DNA from: Candidatus Micrarchaeota archaeon | GTDB lineage: Archaea; Micrarchaeota; Micrarchaeia; Anstonellales; Bilamarchaeaceae | NCBI GenBank assembly: GCA_037440825.1 | Contig: JBBITJ010000001.1 | Span: forward strand, 24,686-39,727 | Length of the DNA stretch: 15,042 nucleotides | Reading direction: 5' to 3' | In this document: positions 8,378 through 15,042 of the stretch, one piece after another | Layout of the letters: each line of letters opens with the position of its first letter | Numbering within the stretch: position 1 is the stretch's first letter | Made by a program: the position numbers and the translations under genes | The notes under the pieces: generated by a model | Seen by the model: the letters and a program-made list of their open reading frames with translations, nothing else | What the model was told of the DNA's origin: nothing | The model's database searches: none

Positions 8378-8565
8378 TTAGCCGTCCTTGCATCCATTCC
8401 CCGGCAGGAAGCCGAGGAGGTGCTTATGGGGGCCAGCGCGGACGCGGGATGCGCCTGCGCAAAACGATTACCGAACGGCTTGCATGCCCGGATGTCGGGC
8501 ATTTTTCGGCCCCAAGATCCAGAGAGTCCTCTGGGCTCCTCGCAGTAGATGCCCTACTGGGAGGG
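8378..8565 (-). ncRNA. Structured leader (5' UTR) RNA of the S-layer gene, family unassigned
   Basis: GC-rich island in an AT-rich intergenic region, with at least five hairpins and two long-range helices. Several pairs work only as G-U on the minus strand. Confidence 0.65.
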
Positions 8566-8587
8566 TTGAGATACATCAAAAGACAAC

Positions 8588-8635
8588 GTTTAAAAAGATT
8601 TGTCCTTTGTTATAAACTTTTGTTTATAAAAAGTT
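8588..8635 (-). promoter_or_regulatory. Tandem TATA boxes upstream of the S-layer leader
   Basis: Minus strand: aatcTTTTTAAAc (8588-8600), agTTTATAAc (about 8609-8618) and aacTTTTTATAAA (8623-8635). Confidence 0.6.
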
Positions 8636-8645
8636 GAGAGGGGTT

Positions 8646-8680
8646 CGTTATTTGTCCTAAAAAATGTAAGACAAATAACG
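8646..8680. repeat. Perfect 11-bp inverted repeat (operator or terminator hairpin)
   Basis: CGTTATTTGTC (8646-8656) - 13 nt - GACAAATAACG (8670-8680), about 10 nt downstream of the ParB-like gene stop. Confidence 0.8.
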
Positions 8681-8689
8681 TAATTCGCG

Positions 8690-9088
8690 TCAATAGAGCG
8701 ACTTGAGCTTGCCGAGCACGGTTTTCTCTATTCCGAACTTCTGCTTCTTGTCCGGCACCAGCAGGAGCACCTTCCACGGAAGCTTCTTCTTCCACGCGAG
8801 CCTCAATCGCCTGTGGCCGTCGAGCAGTATGAGCTGATTTCCCTTCTTGAGCGCAATCGCGGGCACGCGGTAATCCGGAAGCGAGTCCTCGACCTCCTTC
8901 ATCTTGTCAGCTGCCAACGACTCTATTTCTTCCCCGCCGTACGTGTAAAGCACCTCTCCAATCTGTTTCGGGTTCAGCGTTTTGTCGCTCTTCGAGAAAC
9001 TGATTTTCGGGTAGAGGCGGGAGTAGAAATCTGCTATCCTGTAGAAAAGGCGCAGTTCGTCCTTCATGGATATTAGCCCGTAAGGCAT
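8690..9088 (-). CDS. Stand-alone ParB/Sulfiredoxin N-terminal domain protein
   Basis: RVPAIALKKGNQLILLDGHRRLRLA matches the ParB/Srx P-I-x-V...(I/L)DGHRR nucleotide-binding motif. No HTH or dimerisation domain follows. The start could also be ATG 9067 (MKDEL). Confidence 0.75.
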   Translation of the reverse strand: MPYGLISMKDELRLFYRIADFYSRLYPKISFSKSDKTLNPKQIGEVLYTYGGEEIESLAADKMKEVEDSLPDYRVPAIALKKGNQLILLDGHRRLRLAWKKKLPWKVLLLVPDKKQKFGIEKTVLGKLKSLY

Positions 9089-9138
9089 GAGACTCTACTA
9101 TTATACGAAATTATTAACTTTATCGGCGATTTCCGCGC

Positions 9139-9741
9139 ATGGAGACTGGAAAGGCGCTGATGGCGCTCTATTCGCGGCTGGACGCAGAACTCGAAACCCG
9201 AAACTGGAAACAGGAATGGCCAGGTGAAAGCCCTTACGAGATAGCAGTTGGAGCGGTGCTCGCCCAGAATACTAATTGGAAGAATGCCGAGAAAGCCATC
9301 TCCAACCTCAAGGCAGCAGGATTGCTGGACGAGAGAGAGGTGCTCAAAGCTCCAAACCCAAAACTCGAAACGCTCATACGCCCGGCCGGCTTCTACAGGC
9401 AGAAGGCAATACGGCTCAAGACGATGACCGAGACGTGGCTGAAAATCAGGAGGATGGATGATGTTGCGGAGATGAGGAAGCGCCTTCTCGAAACCCACGG
9501 AATAGGAAACGAGACCGCGGATTCCATCCTGCTCTACGCCTTGCACAAGCCCGTTTTCGTCGTTGATGCGTACACTAGGAGGTTCTGCAGCCATTTCCTG
9601 AGGAAGGAATTCAAGGCCTACGATGAATATAGGAAATTCTTCGAGAGCAACCTGCCCAAAGACGTGGGATTGTACAAGAGATACCACGCGCTCATAGTGG
9701 AGTGGGGCAAGAGCACAAGGACAAATCTGCGGAAGATTTGA
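9139..9741 (+). CDS. Endonuclease III-related HhH-GPD DNA glycosylase family protein (MJ1434-like)
   Basis: EIAVGAVLAQNTNWKNAEKA, IRPAGFYRQKA, HhH motif LLETHGIGNETADSILLYA, FVVDAYTRR, YHALIVE. Confidence 0.9.
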   Translation: METGKALMALYSRLDAELETRNWKQEWPGESPYEIAVGAVLAQNTNWKNAEKAISNLKAAGLLDEREVLKAPNPKLETLIRPAGFYRQKAIRLKTMTETWLKIRRMDDVAEMRKRLLETHGIGNETADSILLYALHKPVFVVDAYTRRFCSHFLRKEFKAYDEYRKFFESNLPKDVGLYKRYHALIVEWGKSTRTNLRKI

Positions 9742-9901
9742 CAAATGTGCGCAGGTGCTTTATAGATCTTATCGAGCGCACAACTTCCGGCAGCCGCTGC
9801 TTGTCCTCAGGCTTGTGGTAGGCTGAGAACGAGAGCACTGGCTTGCTTCCGTCAGGATGATGAAGTATTACGCTTATCTCCTCTTTCTCCCGGTTCAGCA
9901 T
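9692..9901 (-). CDS. Possible small hypothetical protein (69 aa)
   Basis: ATG 9901 overlaps the TGA of the upstream gene (TGATG coupling) and the ORF fills an otherwise empty gap. However, its 3' end overlaps the convergent glycosylase gene by 50 nt. Confidence 0.4.
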   Translation of the reverse strand: MLNREKEEISVILHHPDGSKPVLSFSAYHKPEDKQRLPEVVRSIRSIKHLRTFVKSSADLSLCSCPTPL

Positions 9902-11046
9902 CAGATCGCCAGCTTTTCCATCTCCTGCTTTTTGCCTTGGGCTTCCTTCGCAAGCGCTGGCAGCGCATCTTTTGCCTGCGCGTAAGCGCTCCACTCAGCC
10001 TCCAGCTCTTCCATAGGGACGAAAACCTGCTCCCAATTTATAGAGATTATGCGCTCGAGCTGCGCCTTCACGTCTTCAGGCATTGGCTTGGTCAGGTAGT
10101 GCTTCGCTGCATTCTGGAATTTCGCTATTGCGCTTTCCTTCATCGCCTCTGTGCACTGGAAAGAAGGGTCGAATTCTTCAAGTTTGGAGAGCGCGAACTG
10201 CCCATCGACTATTTTCGGCACGTGCCCCAAGGTGCGGAAATAGAGGTATTTAACTACTGTAGAGGAGCGCACGTCGGAGATGAACTTATTGACTAATGCA
10301 TCCTTGCCTCCTGGGAAAGAGCGATGCTCAACCGCCGGGATCTCATCAGCATAGGTTGAGCCGAGCATCATGTAGCCCATGTGCGGCTGGAGGAGCTTGC
10401 ACGCAAATTCGAAGAAGTGGTCCTCGCCCCTGAATTTCCTGAAGGGAGCGTGCGCCACTTTTCCCTTCAATTTCCCGGATATGCCGGAATTGCCTCCGGA
10501 GATTCCCCTGACGGCGTTCTTCTTCTCCGGGCTTTCCGCTACTCCGCGCAGGAACTGTTCAGCTTTTTGGGTGAAGGATTTTGAATTGAAATCAGACTGC
10601 GATTTGTACAGTAGGTCGAAGAAGAACACCATCGCGTGCACGTAATTACCCGTGCACCCTTCGAAATTTCCGGCTACGAGGTCGTATTTCCTGAATGCGC
10701 GGGCATACGTATCGCGGGTTTCGGATTTAGGGAAAATGTCATCTTCCAAAAATACGAGGGGCTCGTCCTTGCCCATTGCGATGCTGGAGAGCTGGAAAAT
10801 ATCTTCAACGTGCCCCAGCGTGCCGCTCCGCTCTCCGGAAGGGATGCCGAAAATCCTGTCAGCCTCTTCGGGATGGAAAAGGATGGCTTCGGGTTGAGGG
10901 TTCAGGGTTTTGATGAATTCCGAGTATTTCCCTTTCTCATCCTTCTTGCAGCAGATGAGGAAAAGGTCGTCGCTGAAATGCTTCGCGGTTTGCGGGAACG
11001 AGAGGGAAAATGACTGGAAGTTCCAGCTCGAAATCGCTATGTGCAT
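9901..11046 (-). CDS. Hypothetical protein, probable GT-A fold glycosyltransferase-like
   Basis: LVFLEDDIFP (hydrophobic strand plus xDD metal motif), ISGGNSGIS, FRGEDHFF (GT2-like ED motif) and a downstream VEH, in the order expected for GT-A enzymes. Confidence 0.6.
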   Translation of the reverse strand: MHIAISSWNFQSFSLSFPQTAKHFSDDLFLICCKKDEKGKYSEFIKTLNPQPEAILFHPEEADRIFGIPSGERSGTLGHVEDIFQLSSIAMGKDEPLVFLEDDIFPKSETRDTYARAFRKYDLVAGNFEGCTGNYVHAMVFFFDLLYKSQSDFNSKSFTQKAEQFLRGVAESPEKKNAVRGISGGNSGISGKLKGKVAHAPFRKFRGEDHFFEFACKLLQPHMGYMMLGSTYADEIPAVEHRSFPGGKDALVNKFISDVRSSTVVKYLYFRTLGHVPKIVDGQFALSKLEEFDPSFQCTEAMKESAIAKFQNAAKHYLTKPMPEDVKAQLERIISINWEQVFVPMEELEAEWSAYAQAKDALPALAKEAQGKKQEMEKLAI

Positions 11047-11165
11047 ATTTTGATATGGGTGGCTATGCTTAAATTATGTATATTCGGCGATAGACGAAGC
11101 AGGCAAGGTTAAGGTTATAAATGCGCAAAATGAACCATACAGTACCGTTAACGAGAGTGATACTC

Positions 11166-12209
11166 ATGGTCGGAATAGTCGGATACGGGGCTTACGTGCC
11201 CTCTTACAGGATAAAGACCGAGGAGATCGCAAGGGTGTGGGGCGAGGATCCGGACCGCATAATCGACGGGCTCGGAATAAAGGAGAAGGCAGTCCCTGCC
11301 ATTGACGAAGATTCTGCAACCATCGCAGTTGAAATTGCGAGGAACGCGGTCGCGCATGCTGCAATCGACCCCCAGAAGATAGGGGCAATTTACGTTGGAA
11401 GCGAGAGCAAGGTATATGCAGTCAAGCCGAATGCGACGATTGTCGCGGAAGCCATAGGGGCTGGTCCGAAGAACCTCACCGCCGCTGACCTGGAATTCGC
11501 GTGCAAGGCAGGCACAGCAGGGCTCCAGATGGTTATGGGCATGGTGAAGTCCGGGATGATAGAGTACGGCATGAGCATAGGCTCGGATACCGCGCAGGGA
11601 AGGCCCGGAGACGCGCTCGAATACTCTGCTGCTGCAGGAGGAGCAGGGTACATAATCGGAAAGGACAGCGAGAGCATAGCGATAATAGAGGACACTTATT
11701 CATTCACTACCGACACGCCGGATTTCTGGAGAAGGCAGCACGCAGATTATCCGTCGCACGGAGGAAGGTTCACGGGCCCTCCGGCTTACGTGAAGCACGT
11801 GACGAATGCCACGAATGGACTTCTGGAGAAGATGGGAAGGACGCACAACGATTACGATTACATCGTTTTCCACCAGCCGAACGCGAAGTTCCCGCTGAAC
11901 GTTGCGAAGAAGATGGGCATACCCAAGGAGAAGGTGCTTCCCGGGCTTCTCACGCCTATAGTGGGGAACACTTATTCAGGGGCTACGATGCTCGGCCTGG
12001 CGAACGTGCTGGACACGGCAAAGGCAGGAGACCGGATACTCGTGACTTCTTTCGGAAGCGGGGCGGGAAGCGACTCGTTCTCCATAAAAGTGACGGACCA
12101 GATAGACAAGAAGCGCGCCAGGATTAGGAAGGTCGCGGACTACATCGCGAACAAGAAATACATAGAATACGCGATATACCTCAAGCACAGGAGAAAGCTG
12201 AGGATGTAG
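11166..12209 (+). CDS. Hydroxymethylglutaryl-CoA synthase (archaeal type)
   Basis: [17 protein letters not shown]; catalytic residues in VGSES (Glu), EFACKAGT (Cys) and FHQPN (His); [18 protein letters not shown] 11166 is preceded by GAGTGA, and a TTATAAA box lies at 11115-11121. Confidence 0.95.
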   Translation: MVGIVGYGAYVPSYRIKTEEIARVWGEDPDRIIDGLGIKEKAVPAIDEDSATIAVEIARNAVAHAAIDPQKIGAIYVGSESKVYAVKPNATIVAEAIGAGPKNLTAADLEFACKAGTAGLQMVMGMVKSGMIEYGMSIGSDTAQGRPGDALEYSAAAGGAGYIIGKDSESIAIIEDTYSFTTDTPDFWRRQHADYPSHGGRFTGPPAYVKHVTNATNGLLEKMGRTHNDYDYIVFHQPNAKFPLNVAKKMGIPKEKVLPGLLTPIVGNTYSGATMLGLANVLDTAKAGDRILVTSFGSGAGSDSFSIKVTDQIDKKRARIRKVADYIANKKYIEYAIYLKHRRKLRM

Positions 12210-12210
12210 G

Positions 12211-12456
12211 ATGGGTGCAAGACCCAAGAGTGGGAATGGAAAACCCAGGCTGGTCTGCCCGGGCTGCGAGAAGGAAGTGCGGCTTGCTGACTATTATATG
12301 GATGCGGGCTTCGTTGGCGAGGCAGTGGCTGCGATCACTAATTTCATAGAGTGCACGAAGTGCGGATACTACGGGCTTCCTATAGAGATAAAATTCGTTG
12401 GAAAAAAGAAGGCAAGCGGGAAAAAGGTTAAGCCGAAGAAAGCGCTTAGAAAATAA
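12211..12456 (+). CDS. Small Zn-ribbon protein with basic tail
   Basis: CPGC...CTKCGY.G pairs, a Lys-rich C-terminus, and a start 1 nt after the HMG-CoA synthase stop. Confidence 0.7.
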   Translation: MGARPKSGNGKPRLVCPGCEKEVRLADYYMDAGFVGEAVAAITNFIECTKCGYYGLPIEIKFVGKKKASGKKVKPKKALRK

Positions 12457-12476
12457 GGAAGAAAAAAGAAAAGAAG
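12457..12476 (-). terminator. Pyrimidine-tract terminator of hppA
   Basis: Minus strand CCTTCTTTTCTTTTTTCTTCC just after the stop, at a convergent gene junction. Confidence 0.55.
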
Positions 12477-12483
12477 GCGGAAT

Positions 12484-14451
12484 TCAGATCAAATGAATTC
12501 CGTACTTCATTATGATGCCTGCTGCGAACACGAGCGAAACGGTGTTCACGACCTTTATCAGCGCGTTGAGCGCCGGTCCCGCAGTGTCCTTGAACGGATC
12601 GCCCACAGTGTCTCCCACGACAGCGGCCTTGTGCGCGTCGCTTCCCTTTCCGCCGAAGTTGCCTTCCTCTATGTACTTCTTGGCGTTGTCCCAAGTGGCT
12701 CCTGAGGTGCACATGAGCAATGCGAGCATGAACCCGCTGGCGATCGCGCCTCCGAGGAGTCCGCCCAGCGCTTCAGCGCCGAACAGCAGCCCCACGACCA
12801 TGGGTGTGAAGACTGCGAGCGCGCCCGGAACGAGAAGTTCGTTGAGTGCCGCAGCGGTGCTTATGTCCACAGCCTTTGCGTAGTCGGGCCTGCCCTTTCC
12901 GGACATGAGGCCCTTTATCTCCCTGAACTGCCTCCTGACCTCCTCTACTATGAGGAATGCCGCCCTGCCCACAGCCGTCATCAGGAAGCTGGAGAACAGG
13001 AACGGAAGCAGGGCACCGATGAAGAGCCCGATTATCACCGCGGGAGAGATGAGGTTCACCGTGGTGATCTTCGCCTCGGTGGCGAATGCTGCGAAAAGCG
13101 CGAGCGCGCTGAGTGCCGCCCCTGCTATCGCGAAGCCCTTCGTCGTCGCCTTGGTCGTGTTCCCGACCGCGTCCAGCTCGTCCGTGACTTCCCTCACTTC
13201 CTTGGGAAGCCCGCTCATCTCTGCTATGCCTCCTGCGTTGTCAGTTATCGGGCCGTAAGAATCGACAGCGATCACTATCCCGCTCAGGGAAATCATGGAA
13301 GCTGCCGCAAGAGCGACTCCGTACACGCCTGCGAGCTTGAACGAAAGCGCTATCGCCACCACTATCAGGATGGTAGGAAGCGCTGTGGACTCCATGCCCA
13401 CCGCAAGCCCCTGTATCAGGTTGGTCCCTGCGCCGGTCTTCGCCGCGTTCGCGACGTTCTTCACCGGCTTGTGCTCCTTTGCCGTGTAGTATTCCGATAT
13501 CCAGAATATCAGCACGGTCACTGCTATGCCTATTACTGCGCTGAGGAAAAGCTCTATCTTCGGCACCACGAAATACGCTCCTATCACCATGAGCGCGGCC
13601 GAAGCCAGGATTCCTTTGTAGAACGCATTCATTATCTTCTTGCTCCTGCCCAGGCGCACGAACAGCGAGCCCAATACTCCGGCTATTCCCCCTATTCCTG
13701 CGAGCATGAGGGGGAACGCCACGTAATCAGGCGCTATCGCAGCGCCGAGCAGCATCGCCGCTATCACGGTGACGACGAAGGACTCGTACACGTCTGCAGC
13801 CATTCCTGCGCAGTCGCCTACGTTGTCTCCCACGTTGTCAGCTATGACAGCAGGGTTCCTCGGATCGTCTTCAGGTATCCCCTTCTCGATTTTTCCCACC
13901 AAGTCTGCGCCGACGTCGGCAGCCTTGGTGTAGATTCCTCCGCCCACCCTCGCGAAGAGCGAGATGAGCGAGGCTCCGAAACCGAAGCCCACCATGGGCG
14001 AGAGGTCGCCGAAGACGTAGTAGAGCGCGCTTATCGCGACCAGCCCGAGCCCTACGAGGCCCATTCCGGTCACGGCTCCGCCCTGGAACGCCACGTTGAG
14101 CGCTTCGGCGAGCCCTTTCTTGGCCGCTTCGGCCACGCGCACGTTTCCGCGCACGGAAACCATCATCCCCACGTAACCGGCGAGCGCGGAGCTCAGAACC
14201 CCAATCACGAACGCTACGCCGGTCTGCCAGCCTATGAAATATCCTATTATCAATGCCAGGATCATGGCAAGGGGCGCGAGGGTCCTGTACTGCCTCATAA
14301 GGAAGGCGCCGGCGCCCTCCTCTATCGCCCTGGAAATGTCCTCCATCTTGGCGTTCCCTGCAGGCGCCCTTACCACGCTGAATGCGAGGTAGGCAGCGTA
14401 GAGGAGAACGAGCATTCCGGCACCTATGCCGAAGATAATCGCATCTACCAT
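12484..14451 (-). CDS. hppA: Membrane-bound H+-translocating pyrophosphatase, K+-independent type
   Basis: GGGIYTKAADVGADLVGKIEKGIPEDDPRNPAVIADNVGDNVGD, DSYGPITDNAGGIAEM, GNTTKA, WDNAKKYIE, GDTVGDPFKDTAGP. The start is placed at ATG 14451 (MVDAII), after a GAGGTTGA RBS. Confidence 0.97.
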   Translation of the reverse strand: MVDAIIFGIGAGMLVLLYAAYLAFSVVRAPAGNAKMEDISRAIEEGAGAFLMRQYRTLAPLAMILALIIGYFIGWQTGVAFVIGVLSSALAGYVGMMVSVRGNVRVAEAAKKGLAEALNVAFQGGAVTGMGLVGLGLVAISALYYVFGDLSPMVGFGFGASLISLFARVGGGIYTKAADVGADLVGKIEKGIPEDDPRNPAVIADNVGDNVGDCAGMAADVYESFVVTVIAAMLLGAAIAPDYVAFPLMLAGIGGIAGVLGSLFVRLGRSKKIMNAFYKGILASAALMVIGAYFVVPKIELFLSAVIGIAVTVLIFWISEYYTAKEHKPVKNVANAAKTGAGTNLIQGLAVGMESTALPTILIVVAIALSFKLAGVYGVALAAASMISLSGIVIAVDSYGPITDNAGGIAEMSGLPKEVREVTDELDAVGNTTKATTKGFAIAGAALSALALFAAFATEAKITTVNLISPAVIIGLFIGALLPFLFSSFLMTAVGRAAFLIVEEVRRQFREIKGLMSGKGRPDYAKAVDISTAAALNELLVPGALAVFTPMVVGLLFGAEALGGLLGGAIASGFMLALLMCTSGATWDNAKKYIEEGNFGGKGSDAHKAAVVGDTVGDPFKDTAGPALNALIKVVNTVSLVFAAGIIMKYGIHLI

Positions 14452-14546
14452 CCTATCAACCTCTCTAATTGGTCTGTTGAGTCTGAACCCGGAGCCCAAA
14501 AACCTCTCTGGAGGGCTTAAAACGGGAAAGAAGATAGAGAAATAAG

Positions 14547-14576
14547 GTTTAAAAAGATTGGGTTTGCGGCCGCAAA
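14547..14576 (-). promoter_or_regulatory. hppA promoter (TATA) with an adjacent 14-bp perfect palindrome
   Basis: Minus strand AATCTTTTTAAAC (14547-14559), identical to the S-layer promoter core; palindrome TTTGCGGCCGCAAA at 14563-14576. Confidence 0.55.
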
Positions 14577-14602
14577 ACGCGGAACGCAAGAGGGGAAACC
14601 TG

Positions 14603-14965
14603 CTATCCGTACATGGTCTCCGGCGGGCGCGTGCCTATTATCCTTATCTTCGGATGGACAGGCACGGGCTCCTGGAGCTTGCCGAACTTCTCCTCGTATT
14701 CCCCGAGGCTCTTGTTCAGCCAGGCTATCATGTGCTTGAGCGTGGACGGCGTTACGATTACTTTGACCTTGTGCGAGACCTCCACTATTTGCTCCTTCCC
14801 GTCGCCGAGGCTCTCGAGCTTCCTGTTCGGGGAATAGAATATGATATGGAATCCGCCCTGCGAATCGAACCCTCCCAATGCGCCTGTGGCGTAAATCTCC
14901 TTGTATCCCGGGTCGCGCACGTGCTCCAGCTTCGGAATCTCTTCCTCTTCGGCCTTCTTCGCCAT
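14603..14965 (-). CDS. DUF3467-like hypothetical protein
   Basis: EIYATGALGG...FHIIFY...KVIVTPSTLKHMIAWLNKSLGEYEEKFGKL resembles the DUF3467 pattern (Y.N.....F...F....I.(M/L)SP...K.L...L...I..YE..FG.I). GGTGA RBS at 14971-14975 favours ATG 14965. Confidence 0.65.
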   Translation of the reverse strand: MAKKAEEEEIPKLEHVRDPGYKEIYATGALGGFDSQGGFHIIFYSPNRKLESLGDGKEQIVEVSHKVKVIVTPSTLKHMIAWLNKSLGEYEEKFGKLQEPVPVHPKIRIIGTRPPETMYG

Positions 14966-15042
14966 AATGATCACCGAGAGGAAATGGAAGGGAAGTTAAA
15001 TAAGAGTTTGGAAAATCAGGATTGCTGCGGTGGCTTGCCTTC

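Noticed and set aside
8365..8502. 45-aa minus-strand upstream ORF (MPDIRACKPF...) ending in the S-layer RBS, and plus-strand ORFs 8209-8637 and 8388-8615
   Set aside because: No RBS, a start codon buried in a hairpin and no protein-like features; RNA structure explains the region better. Leader-peptide translation is not strictly excluded.
8378..8565. RNase P RNA, SRP RNA or tRNA identity for the structured element
   Set aside because: Lacks GAGGAAAGTCC/ACAGAA (RNase P), the SRP helix 8 motif, and a TTCGA-containing cloverleaf on either strand.
11121..11165. N-terminal extension of HMG-CoA synthase
   Set aside because: ATG 11121 overlaps the TATA box, and family homology begins at MVGIVGYG.
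14452..14589. 46-aa N-terminal extension of hppA in the ORF track
   Set aside because: Runs through promoter-like DNA; ATG 14451 has a good RBS and begins the first transmembrane helix.

Overview
Archaeal chromosomal window, most likely from a DPANN lineage such as Micrarchaeota. This is inferred from protein style, TTTAAA/TTTATA TATA boxes, GAGGTG-type RBSs and a stand-alone 5S rRNA; it is not from a database search. Left to right: a frameshifted PadR-family regulator remnant, a DUF2892 membrane protein, an unlinked 5S rRNA, a hypothetical gene coupled to a cupin-type glucose-6-phosphate isomerase, alanyl-tRNA synthetase (-), an MntA/HepT toxin-antitoxin pair (-), a large acidic S-layer protein (-), a stand-alone ParB/Srx-domain protein (-), an HhH-GPD endonuclease III-like protein, a GT-A glycosyltransferase-like protein (-), archaeal HMG-CoA synthase plus a small Zn-finger gene, a K+-independent membrane H+-pyrophosphatase (-) and a DUF3467-like protein (-). 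The most unusual feature is a ~190-nt, densely base-paired, possibly pseudoknotted RNA element upstream of the S-layer gene, which I cannot assign to a known family. It lies next to tandem TATA boxes and a set of TTGTC/GACAA inverted repeats that start just after the ParB-like gene.
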